Positions 15,001 to 19,619 of a DNA stretch of 64,000 bases are shown one piece after another; the stretch's first letter is position 1; every line of letters begins with the position of its first letter. A model generated the notes under the pieces. That model worked only from the letters and a program-made list of their open reading frames with translations, did not search any database and had not been told where the DNA came from. Location: positions 7,428 through 71,427 of the forward strand of contig JAAVBQ010000035.1 of NCBI GenBank assembly GCA_014803485.1, given 5' to 3'. This DNA comes from a bacterium. GTDB taxonomy: Bacteria; Bacteroidota; Bacteroidia; Bacteroidales; P3. The position numbers and the translations under genes are program-made.

Positions 15001-17876
15001 CCTTCCGGATCGAAAGCCGGACAGCGGTAGCCCGTGTAGACCAAAGCCTGGATGTTGGTGCCCCTATATACCGGCGCGGTGAAGGAGAGATCCTGACCGC
15101 TTGTCACAACAACGCTATCTACCATCCAGTCTATCTTGCACTTGGAGCTGGGAGCATTTCCAAAGCTGAGCTTGAAGGTGGCGTTTTCGCCCTCGCAAAG
15201 CGTATCGTTGGGCATGCGGACAATGGAGGGATAGCTATATTGAACGGTGTTGACGCTGAGTATGGCCTCGCCGATAATCACGGGATCGTTGGAGTAGAGC
15301 GTATCGCGCAGACCCGTGGTAGCCTTGCGGCCATCCACCACGCAACGATACTTGAAGCCGTCCATACCCAAGTGCAAAGCCGTGGTCTTGTGCGCCGTAT
15401 CCTCGCCTATATGCAGCAAGCAGGTGGTGGTGTTCTGTTTTTCCACCCAATAAGGATTGGGCTTGGGCAGCGAATCGATATCCAACCAGCCGTCGCCCTC
15501 GTCCACCTGCCACTTGTAGTGGGCATCCACACCCGAAGCACGCACCTTGAAGGTAGCCTCCGTGCTGTCGCAGACCGTGGTGCTCTTGGCATGTTCGATA
15601 ATACGCGTATCTGTGTAGACCTCCACGTGTACGGTGTCTTTCACCACGCAACCCCACGGTTCGGTAAGGGTTACCGTATAGGTGGTGGTGGTGCGCGGCG
15701 AAGCGTTTACGGTGTCTTTGTCGCAGATGCCGTTGGTGAGCGAAGCGCAAGGCGTCCACGCATATTTGGCCAGCTCGCTTCCGCCCGCAGCCCAGATATC
15801 CACGTCTTCGGAAAGGTTGATGGCCTGGTCGGGGCTTACCGTCATTTCGGGCAGCTTCTTCACGTGGATATGAAGCGTGTTCGATTCCTTGGGACGGCAA
15901 TCCACGCAATGGATGCTCGAATGGAGCATCAAACGGATGCTGTCGCCGTCGCCGAACGAATCTATCTTAATGATATTCTTCGAAAGACCATCGAATACCG
16001 TATCCTCGTTGTGCATCCATACAAAACGCGGTTTGTCGCCCGCATTCACGTAGGCCGAAGAGAACGTGAGAGGCAAGCCCTCGCACACCGTAATATCCGA
16101 AAGATCTTGGTCGATATCGGCGGCAATGGTCACGTTCACAATTTTCTTTTCGGTGGCCTTGATGGTGATGGCCGGAGTTTCGTAAGGACGGTCGGTGACG
16201 CAAGACAGCGACGAATATACCGCCAGGCTCAACTTGAAGCCGTTGGCCAGACTATCGAAGCGGGCCGTGGTATCGTTTCCGAATTTCTCCAGAACGGGCA
16301 GACCGTTTATTTTCCAAACAAAGCGCGCCGAATCGCCGAAGCCGTAGCCGGTGAAGCGGAAGAACGAACTATCGCCGTAGCAAAGCTCCTCCGTGCCCAT
16401 ATTGGGCGCCATGCTGTCGATAACCGCATATACAGGTTCGGCATAGATGGCCTTGATAACCTTGGTGGCCATAGGCAGTTCGTCGCTCGAAGCACAGCCA
16501 GGATCGATGGTAACCGTGTAGGTGCCCGCCATCTTCGTGGTGAAGTTGGGACGGAAAGGATTCTGTTCACGCGACGTCCAGCCATCGGGACCGCGCCAAT
16601 AGTAGGTGGCGTATTCCACCGAGTCGGTGGCAAGGAACAAAGTATCTTTGGGACAGAGAGAATCTACCGAATAGATATTGTATTGATTGGTGTCGCAAGG
16701 CACGGCGCGTTTGGCGAAACCGTCCGACTTGCCGCCCGCATACATAGGCACAAACAAGCCCTTGCCCAAGGTGGTGATGAAACCGTCGGCAATGCCGCCC
16801 ATATACGGCCAAGGCTTGGGAAGAGGATTGTTGATATTGTGGAAACCGTCTCCGAAACCACCCAGATAGGCCACCGAAGGCAGGGCCTTCATGCCCACGG
16901 AGATATGACCGTCTCCCAAACCGCCCATATACTGCGGCGCAGGCCTGGTCTTCATGCCCACGGAGATATGACCGTCTCCGAAACCGCCTAAATAGGTTAC
17001 GGCGGGGCGGGCCTTCATGGCGATGGAGATATGACCGTCTCCGAAACCACCCAAATAGGCCACGGCAGGACCGGTAAACATAGACGCAGAGGTGTGACCG
17101 TCTCCGAAACCACCCAAATACGCCACAGCAGGACCGGTAAACATAGACGCATGGGTATGACCGTCTCCGAAGCCGCCCAAGTAGGTTGAACTCAAAAGTT
17201 CGGGCTGGGTGGCCGTGATATTACCGTCTCCGAAACCGCCTAAATAAGAGGCGCCTTTAAGCTCGGGTTGGGTAGCCGTGGTGTTACCGTCGCCAAAGCC
17301 ACCCAAATAGGTTGAGCCCTTCAGTTCGGGCTGGGTGGCTGTGGAATTACCATCGCCGAAACCGCCTAAATAACCGAGATACGGGGTAGCTTTCATGGTA
17401 ACCGTGGAATGGCCGTCTCCGAAACCACCCAAATAACTCAGATGGGAGGAAGCTTTTAGGGTTACGGTGGCGTGACCGTCGCCCATACCGCTATGATAAA
17501 GCGCCATGATAGGACGGATCATGGCGGCGTTGCCATGACCGTCGGCCATACCGCCCGCAAAAGTCTTGGCGGCCTTGGCCTTTTTGGAAACCGCCGTTTC
17601 CACACCGCTCGCCATACCGCCCGCAAAGGGTCCGAACTCGGTGTCGTCGGAGGCAGAGGCTTCCGCCGTAGCCGCCGCAGGCGCCACCGAAGCGGGAATT
17701 TCAGAAACAGGAACAGCCTCCACCGGAACCGGAGAGGCAGGAACGGATACGGAAACCTCCGCAGGCGCGGAAGCGACCTCATGCACCGAGAAAATAGAGC
17801 GATAGCGCACCACGGCCGCGCTCGCCGCCAACATGGCCAGCAAGAGCAACGTGGCTACCCAAATCCCCCTCCTCAT
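1..17876 (-). CDS. Giant secreted/cell-surface adhesin-like protein, N-terminal 5,958 codons only (the 3' end of the gene lies left of position 1)
   Basis: ATG at 17876-17874, 43 nt after the stop of the preceding same-strand gene. Translation gives MRRGIWVATLLLLAMLAASAAVV (signal peptide or anchor), a Pro/Val/Ala/Ser linker, 15 tandem 21-aa YLGGFGDGH repeats, then dozens of ~80-100-aa Ig-like modules with recurring Cys/aromatic signatures (e.g. VCRGDSATIGATGAESYRWEP, ICVGDSVSFEALPEGGSGKYQYIWE). No minus-strand ORF listed between 1 and 17876 is in this frame (end coordinate mod 3 = 2). That is expected if the frame is one uninterrupted ORF with no stop inside the window, which the track would not report. 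The C-terminal sorting signal is not visible. Confidence 0.85.
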   Translation of the reverse strand, partial: MRRGIWVATLLLLAMLAASAAVVRYRSIFSVHEVASAPAEVSVSVPASPVPVEAVPVSEIPASVAPAAATAEASASDDTEFGPFAGGMASGVETAVSKKAKAAKTFAGGMADGHGNAAMIRPIMALYHSGMGDGHATVTLKASSHLSYLGGFGDGHSTVTMKATPYLGYLGGFGDGNSTATQPELKGSTYLGGFGDGNTTATQPELKGASYLGGFGDGNITATQPELLSSTYLGGFGDGHTHASMFTGPAVAYLGGFGDGHTSASMFTGPAVAYLGGFGDGHISIAMKARPAVTYLGGFGDGHISVGMKTRPAPQYMGGLGDGHISVGMKALPSVAYLGGFGDGFHNINNPLPKPWPYMGGIADGFITTLGKGLFVPMYAGGKSDGFAKRAVPCDTNQYNIYSVDSLCPKDTLFLATDSVEYATYYWRGPDGWTSREQNPFRPNFTTKMAGTYTVTIDPGCASSDELPMATKVIKAIYAEPVYAVIDSMAPNMGTEELCYGDSSFFRFTGYGFGDSARFVWKINGLPVLEKFGNDTTARFDSLANGFKLSLAVYSSLSCVTDRPYETPAITIKATEKKIVNVTIAADIDQDLSDITVCEGLPLTFSSAYVNAGDKPRFVWMHNEDTVFDGLSKNIIKIDSFGDGDSIRLMLHSSIHCVDCRPKESNTLHIHVKKLPEMTVSPDQAINLSEDVDIWAAGGSELAKYAWTPCASLTNGICDKDTVNASPRTTTTYTVTLTEPWGCVVKDTVHVEVYTDTRIIEHAKSTTVCDSTEATFKVRASGVDAHYKWQVDEGDGWLDIDSLPKPNPYWVEKQNTTTCLLHIGEDTAHKTTALHLGMDGFKYRCVVDGRKATTGLRDTLYSNDPVIIGEAILSVNTVQYSYPSIVRMPNDTLCEGENATFKLSFGNAPSSKCKIDWMVDSVVVTSGQDLSFTAPVYRGTNIQALVYTGYRCPAFDPEGSNILVTAAHKHPVVNAGKDTTIQYNTTGQLHGKLVAANQDTLANDTMVYSWAPLSGIKGVSDSLEAKTGIIKANVEYVLSGTNIHGCTTRDTVLVTCKGGPLGIDGKIGAGTLVKQYIEICENDSLCISGKPVGGSEMYHHVWTMNPVDTTPANPYFATVDTSVLCMKNSPVGTTVYTLTVDDGVDTVYKEITVKVIGLVLSHATLTGDTVLCTPSEYFNIGVKPDSTVEGIKNYTWYVEDTAAKTFKAVRNFEGSATYRGRGNTVYNGARLFCAVTVANKCPIVNPVLTDTLVLWPDGSPKFTTITRDTSICPGDTVALFATGTRVDSLYWTPQTYVVAGAGAKSETDTVWVSPAVSTTYTVTLVSMEGCTTPKNVRVNIHPATSTTATASDVYACLNGSTRITTNTRGYDLTYIWEKRTGGVGEWQLASYKAPAGKYEGLNSANLTVNYVEKVEEGDQYRLIAVSSRCMPSDTTAPVTLHVLDSVIFSISLVDTPRCVNDPARIKLYTNVSASALKAFSIQLSGGTAGKRTFQTRDTLFTIPNITPGEKVQAFMTPTGLIASCVEVIPIPSEIINLGVQPQPTLSYTYNHPATCGGDEGSITLSGNKGTAPYTYTFNNVDKGSQTLFENLSAGMYSAQVTDIYSCKSNPVYISLRDPNGPVAPAVTNAGMYCVQDTLPEYLVLDPNTKKAEIRWFTDMQCTKQVHTGDSMAFPSVPGVYTYYLYQIQNNCKSATVRVWVFVGAAPEFTSIEAIVPSSCGESDGIIGIRAKGDTTLTYSIEDPANYGNSSDFVDLPNGTYILSVLSAAGCVSRDTLEFYADDTPEGPKMLSNDTIYCYDAPRKPLEAKPAGGGSIVWYRDYTLTTEMAQGDTCNISSLGVGKNVISATERGGECESKPVRVTVTVLPKINTGVPAINEGCLNTDITIRARQDASVAYTWSKDGVEIGKGDTVVVTVTEEAEVYTVHAVKDNNGVVCATDYDFKVRPSTFVPVIDTTVCQGDSIDITVAGGVKYLWPDSSTASTYRVRAGKPNSVQSVSVRVELEGGCTRIYKFNITTVADPSSYVSIDKDFTFYCAGDAKTLKAVLSNTSVPVGLQWFKDGETLEGDTTATLSIQNDTVGTSTYIIRAEARNRCPLPRVTYDTLVLRTYALPKVYAGMDTLVDYNESITLGTDATVSDGVQPYGYTWVKRGESTPINTDTTVLTAASPRLVNTTVFELKVKDSVGCEAKDDVKVTVVGGPFTLDTIRPFDITLDEYADIICVGDSVSFEALPEGGSGKYQYIWELPIGTVISDKDEIRILPTATTQCKVTVINLTKGTPMASDTLVRYPRVVVHQRAVPGLVTTPDTTMCPDSMFRLTLRDYKGDRIMWQRSADGMAWDTLIGSTASINISGSTETYYYRTLVGNGVCPNEASPALRVRIYASPIDTISGPVDTLCPETEAVALTGNVVTEGGNGIYTYKWEYSLDGEKYLSCPNEADGVNYTWTNRIDTTRYFRRIVYSDGCPFISNVQKVDVYDEIGTAVKIEKDFNLYCTANPQVLKVKLSNPDVPVVLQWYRNGVAIDSANGTVLSIHDTVPGTYTYRVEVDAFENHCPPTRYSSDSVVLKANPSPVVYAGPDDSVQYGERVILGMEAWVKSGTEPYSYSWVKSGTNNALNADKTQLIMQTSRLTYTTVFDLKVVDSVGCTAQDDVTVKVLGGPFRLDTIKPFDITLNDYRDTICVGDSVSFTARPEGGSGVYKYIWEVPAGTVVSDRPEIRLLPLQTTFCKVTVINVTEGAANASDTLVRYPRVVVHQRAVPGYITTPDTTMCPDTAFMLTLNNHFGDRIKWERSVNGVVWNTLDGTDTTINIAGTKTTYLYRALVGNGVCFDTATPQLKVKVYTPPTNTVNGPTETLCPEIDSVMLQGNTVTAGGNGTYTYSWEYSTNGGSYKVCPDDATDEDYIWRNCIDSTRRFRRVVYSDGCPYYSNVYTVNVYPGTHIGRIIGENYVCFDSVFSLSVSNIEMDKYQWQRAVHPDSAFVNVGDGTPNYISDPAKRTYFYRVIGQKYNCVPDTTDLFEITPTTPREVTVHISVDTMATCVDNFLTFTVDSTLNAGNAPTFYWYVNGKLLKTPVEKGGETLAYTEQGGKVLHISTLLPGDSVWAGLASSIGCVTTRLALSDTLKPTIYLPEAHFVSPLADSVFCRRDSVMLRADGGVKYSWFYRAESDSVTRVLDTTNTNSVKVGPSEVTIYTFYGIDRHNCFFSDSVKLSPEPTVTATPDTLICHGTTIALSISVQPSRGNTYQWTESAVHDEVPGTTKTLNVREATTNTVRVKPEDSLTYYIYSVHTLRGCTYTDTIRVETETTTTPSFVIDYNGDKMGDTANIVECTKQRHFFVPDSIVSGGDKPTFKWYFNNYVAGTDSLFSDAYAGMLDRSTVYAEMTSSKMCVTQRTVKSQSMYVRYTKMPEADVNINSNKGLQVCPDEEAVIFQAHTPSYDSGTYVWFVKRVDSGANARFENVHTGDSLVSTFAAGDQVYCVYFAGDTCIKASPKQSNTLTFQTYPMHRPKVTITQIINEYPAWGDTICEYAPVTFVAAIEDAGKDYAFTWMLDGTVIGTPNTLRIAYDELQANSDTAVNMRNLVARLETKHQCAVPGNVVEDNDTIYVRPRKHFNAYIEQIGTLECQSIVEELVRFTQVTSTNYVYRDGYLATVCSGSYTSNWTNSGAVSQQVITGGNGVVKATAAHASYYQMFGLTSKERVTNYGEIDYAIYLNYGTLQVYEKGVNIGSFGKYVAGDVFEVEVLANNVRYIKNGTVFYTSKVPATAFVYRGGYALYTHWCPASPESTHHQDPKLLDVRIVYHKSDVMFASRIVAPPVNKPTYTWYVNNKPFEFGNGNDTLREHNYAFEDGDVVKLFAKTNDYCVDVPSAMSQEIMVRVSTPKDFLQTVADTVFVCRGDSATIGATGAESYRWEPVRYFSQAQSRDSSIHYLPLETASYRVFGTVNTSCTDFKRVDVIVNELPKPDLGKDINVCYPDTVYLSIAKGAKPDSATDKTYHTSWTFIPDKGEAYSPVSTHENAIDYALLSTGKMVAAMSNKSSGCTVTDTMVINVLDTLGIVVTHTARVLPKYSCPGERDTLSFSYMQNENHPVTLAWYKNGKLLRRSTNANDTVLITNDFVDLDTIYAVVSLPFECGLERASDTALFPLRRHVKPTGSMLLSGNDTICAGDTLGIAVKVVDNPDDTVIYSYRWYVNNKPVALTDTTSIRLEDYVSDGTFYYNVFCYVRREMNCGFDSVKSADTTILVMPIDTLNVRIDPSPVTACVYPDGRVFMHADLKVEGRHPVFDKALPAIEWYLDDTVVAGNNGTAFNHLVDAMDTSAAHTLAVKAVSSYKCVAVTVDFDTVGLNFFAVYADAGPDTSIESNKNVTLFHDSVRGDKIEWSTSGDGYFVNAGVLHPTYILGNKDRKSDSIVLYLHVSSRFGCDATDSMVIRLTRCAAYALAKRTPDQTICHDDTLFYENKVVAISSAIGSDIPHILYTLVARPSGRYPLDTLAVVEDSTNTFRWKGVVDTTRTYFLHAEILNTFCNYYDSTKVTVLPLNTLTVKLHQPDSTLCTVEPLRQAEWTSLNSMHWRYDAGSKLLSHVHCNNYPYAPTTAYGLANSTMRYVATGKELAVLVGFNYENDRNTALDYAFYLTNGSFTVYNEGSPVTYSAAGSYSVGDVFTIVREHKQVIFYVDQNGTHREVYRMNEPAGGYGLKVNYAVASFRSGDVINPIMYGSTAAAKVFVESQFGPVSGNVSYVWKTGGNVFSTAPTFDYEKVNLKSGDTVTVTAMGVNRCDTLYAYDTLVVGGPAAPNTPFFLTLTRDDEAICEGEGITLTAHAYNLDKVGDGTLKASDLRYNWYLNGALVESNTTSNTRLYNNVKNGDYAHVEAVLPAAACALYREGNPTLSHRLNISLKENRKLEFDMFLARAKDTAVCPNTAVTFNTKVVNGGGYKIDWYVNGSLTAAGDSYTITPDTTVSVYAVAHPSLTGYCLDSTGNVSKTIKVRLLQVPQVEAWADTEVIAGSKVMLHGKLLREADKPTTVQWTSTQGQVPGRTSLNTQITANTTTFYFLTAYSAYGCKSNVDTVEVDVYECPTLRNYSVPDAVCAGDSALLRVDMAGYKPASNIYMWQISTDGGNSWAEVSGSRYTMVQDRTGSTLKIKPAGFDLDASNNVRFRAAVMADTLRDELCNTVYTPALSLNVDTAHLNPPTLDILGESDFCTTACHIYPTYEARVTPGYGVAWKQNGGGVLEWDGNDHKRSYTVHNGDKVIGVLYGNSVCVNRMNISDTITVRFHRPVKVKAWADTMIKKNDVAMLHALATEGTGSISYSWTDASLVADATLADTWTKPLASTRIFTVKATDSFSCEGKATVLVKVNDTCIVDVKLQGSESVCVNEKATFQGLVTGGGLFGPYQTSWTVNPPLLSNDGSIIVPNPNTASMSIADAQPGVYTVKFTVTDTLAQTKKYCDPDGIVMSDSLVFTINAPDTLSVRIDTLQKRSLCENDRAVIRAMARVNGREPVAGELVIRWYRIRNKSVTYIGSGDSIIENNLLNNDRFYALASFADNKCVISNSVYSDTATFTVGEKPEPLQAHQVEVHNHIACMPNDSTYIAITPSASQLAYNLLYTIDSGRTWHTESFFGNLAEGRYYVGVKADDGCSSDPMLPVYVQNQPDIDFGKLSFLVDTIYACNGKIDLFPAQTADSALGLGYIYWYEDSAMTKLLKRSPEYATSHSYVPERRFLDNVGVYEFWAVESAGLCTGKPNKFVYVVSSCDAELTPKRDTICPDDTVLYSLVIDSISLRNAGGWFFQYSADSKFAAATTQNITSADSLVKEFLDNRAGSYRVAYITPNHDTLYHEPSTLWVGSYADPSKYLSLSYPIERATDMCPGETVTIVFRDQNAQYEVFWPGDSMYRPVRSTYLKAFNRTDTVSVLLRSVLGGCEVETDLEVVVCQAADIDLSSHDTTICYEPDTYAYFPQIVDT
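9040..11790 (-). repeat. Two tandem copies of a 1,374-nt (458-aa) multi-domain super-repeat inside the giant gene
   Basis: cggcacgctggtgaaccac at 9611 and cggcacgctgatgaaccac at 10985, an offset of 1374 = 3 x 458. Protein copies align over their whole length (VVGGPFTLDTIRPFDITLDEYADIICVGDSVSFEALPEGGSGKYQYIWE... versus VLGGPFRLDTIKPFDITLNDYRDTICVGDSVSFTARPEGGSGVYKYIWE...). The duplication is also visible in the shadow ORF translation. Boundaries are approximate. Confidence 0.75.
16700..17640 (-). repeat. 15 tandem 63-nt (21-aa) coding repeats, consensus Y-[LM]-G-G-[FL]-G-D-G-[HN]-x12, near the N-terminus of the giant protein
   Basis: Read directly. Examples: YLGGFGDGHSTVTMKATPYLG, YLGGFGDGNSTATQPELKGST, YLGGFGDGHISVGMKTRPAPQ, YMGGLGDGHISVGMKALPSVA. 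On the plus strand the unit ...catgcccacggagatatgaccgtctcc... recurs with an exact 63-nt offset (around 16895 and 16958). Confidence 0.85.
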
Positions 17877-17919
17877 GTGAATGTGGTCGAAGTGTTTCAA
17901 ACCTAAACTCTTTTAGTTA

Positions 17920-19593
17920 CTAAAACTCACTCAGGTCGTAGCGGGTTTCGGGCGGTGCATAGCGCGCCCCCCTGAAACCGGTATAGGGCGTTCTGTCGCC
18001 CTCGTTGTTGATGATGAATGTGCTTTCGGCATAGGTGCGGTCGGAAACCTTTCCACCCCTAAAGCCCGTGCCCTTGCCCGACGCATCGGGCCAGCAAGGC
18101 TCCACGCTGAACGCATCGGGAAAAACCTCCACCTCGCCTAATTCGTCCAACTTGCCGTCGCCTTCGTTGGGTATGAATTTACGACCGTCGTCGGTGCTCA
18201 CATTAACGCAACGCTCCCACAGATTGTCGCTCATGTTCAAGATGCCGTAGTAGGTGGCGCCCGCCTCGGTGCGCGAGGTGGAATCGCCCGAAAAGCCGCC
18301 CACCCGCATCACCCAGGGCGCCTTGCCCGTGGGAATGTAGTTGGCTTCGAGATTCACCGACTTTTCGTCGGGCTGGTTGGGATTGGTGAACCATGTAGAC
18401 CCCTTGGCGGTGACGGCCGTGCCGTATTTCTCGCCCCAGGCCATCTCCTCCTTGAGAAACCTGGTGCCCCGGCAAGCCTTTTCGTATTCCAGTTCGGAGA
18501 AAGGCCGCAGGCAGGCCCAATCCAAGTAGGCCGCCCCGTCGTTCCACGAAAGGAAGTTGCAGGCTATGTTGCCGCCGTTCATTTCCAAATCCCACGCATC
18601 CAAACCGTTTCCTCCGCTTATGCTGTTGCCGTAGCGGGCCGCCACAGCCGCGGCTTCTCCGCTGGCACGCAAGCCCGCCGCACGGATGCGGATATAGTTG
18701 CGGTATTGGGTGGGGTTGCTGTTGTATTTGGCGGGAATCATGGCCAAGGTGCCCTGCGCCGCATAGGGACTCGCCGCCGTGCGTTTTTCCTGCTGTTCCA
18801 CCGTGAGGGTGTTGAGGAAATCGGCGTATGCATGTTGGCTTATCTCATATTTCATCATATAGAAAGCCTTGTGCCCCATGGGGAAGGTATCGGGAATGGC
18901 CTTGCCCTGATAGGTGAAACCCGTTTCGGATTCTATGGTGCCCATAGTAGCCTTTACAACAAAACTACCGCCCACGATATCGGTCTTGATGATAAGGTTC
19001 TTGCCGTCGGCAAAGAGGGCGTTTGGCGAAATGCCGTCGCCCAAGATATAGGTGTGTTCGGGCACATACACCATTTCTATGGCGAACACCGCCACCTGGA
19101 GGTTGTCGCTCGACAGAAAGCCGTCGTCGGCATACTTCCACTTGAGGCGGATGTTCTCGAGGGTGTTGTGGCCGTTGCCCACATCCTTGCGATAGATGAA
19201 CAGACCCGTTACCTTTTCGCCGAAATCGGTGTTGCTGGTGCCGAACTCGGTCCACATAGGCTCGTTGGCCGAACCTATCTCGTGGGGCGCGGCAATGTAG
19301 CAGCCGGAGCCGCTCATGCGCGGCCGCCCCTCGGGCGCCATCAAATTAACGTGGCTCCAAGTCTTGAGCACGTCTTCGTAGGCCTTTACAAACACCCAAG
19401 CCGCATCCCAGTTGCCATGGGTGCGGTCTTTCCAAGAAAATTCCCAACTAAGGTCGAACTTGATATATACGGTGCCGGCCATAGTGTCGCGGTCTTTCAG
19501 ACTCACATTGGCAATCTGGATATTACTTGCCCTGGCCCCAAAAAACGGAGCGAGGGCAAGTAACACCAATACTATATGCCTGCAACCTTTCAT
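17920..19593 (-). CDS. Secreted FGE-sulfatase/SUMF1-fold (GldJ/GldK-like, probably non-catalytic) protein, 557 aa
   Basis: Signal peptide MKGCRHIVLVLLALAPFFGARA. A ~170-aa N-terminal domain is shared with the upstream paralogue (NIQIANVSL...IKFDLSWEFSWKD...NWDAAWVFVKA). FGE-sulfatase signatures follow: MVYVPEHTYILGDG, FYMMKYEISQHAYADFL, LSWNDGAAYLDWACLRPFSELEYEKACRG, ILNMSDNLWERC, TGFRGARY. Confidence 0.8.
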   Translation of the reverse strand: MKGCRHIVLVLLALAPFFGARASNIQIANVSLKDRDTMAGTVYIKFDLSWEFSWKDRTHGNWDAAWVFVKAYEDVLKTWSHVNLMAPEGRPRMSGSGCYIAAPHEIGSANEPMWTEFGTSNTDFGEKVTGLFIYRKDVGNGHNTLENIRLKWKYADDGFLSSDNLQVAVFAIEMVYVPEHTYILGDGISPNALFADGKNLIIKTDIVGGSFVVKATMGTIESETGFTYQGKAIPDTFPMGHKAFYMMKYEISQHAYADFLNTLTVEQQEKRTAASPYAAQGTLAMIPAKYNSNPTQYRNYIRIRAAGLRASGEAAAVAARYGNSISGGNGLDAWDLEMNGGNIACNFLSWNDGAAYLDWACLRPFSELEYEKACRGTRFLKEEMAWGEKYGTAVTAKGSTWFTNPNQPDEKSVNLEANYIPTGKAPWVMRVGGFSGDSTSRTEAGATYYGILNMSDNLWERCVNVSTDDGRKFIPNEGDGKLDELGEVEVFPDAFSVEPCWPDASGKGTGFRGGKVSDRTYAESTFIINNEGDRTPYTGFRGARYAPPETRYDLSEF

Positions 19594-19619
19594 CGTATGC
19601 AGAAAATTTAGACTATAGA

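Noticed and set aside
63-16991. Plus-strand ORFs 63-1019 (318 aa) and 1041-16991 (5,316 aa), the longest entries in the track
   Set aside because: They are codon-for-codon antiparallel to the minus-strand gene that starts at 17876. Their translations are Arg/His/Val/Gly-rich with no signal peptide, no motifs and no sensible start context, whereas the minus frame encodes a coherent secreted repeat protein. I treat them as antisense shadow ORFs.
16700-17640. Possible CRISPR array, because of regularly spaced short repeats
   Set aside because: The period is 63 nt with no distinct repeat/spacer structure. The units are in frame inside an ORF and encode a conserved peptide motif, and there are no cas genes.
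17472-17906. Small ORFs on both strands over the 63-nt repeat block (17472-17906 +, 17519-17782 -, 17566-17805 +)
   Set aside because: They are out-of-frame or antisense readings of the repeat region of the giant gene, with low-complexity Arg/Pro/Ala translations.
18706-19563. 285-aa plus-strand ORF antisense to the SUMF1-like gene. Similar long antisense ORFs: 25745-26800, 28988-30223, 32198-33349, 35126-35905, 41718-42779, 43499-44323, 50612-52321, 54153-55199, 55206-56279, 56303-57085, 57599-58633, 59546-60388, 61182-61949, 62010-62993
   Set aside because: Each is in the codon-antiparallel frame of a gene with clear family motifs on the other strand. They have biased Arg/His/Gly/Val composition and no recognisable motifs. 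The genome-wide scarcity of TTA/CTA/TCA codons explains their length.
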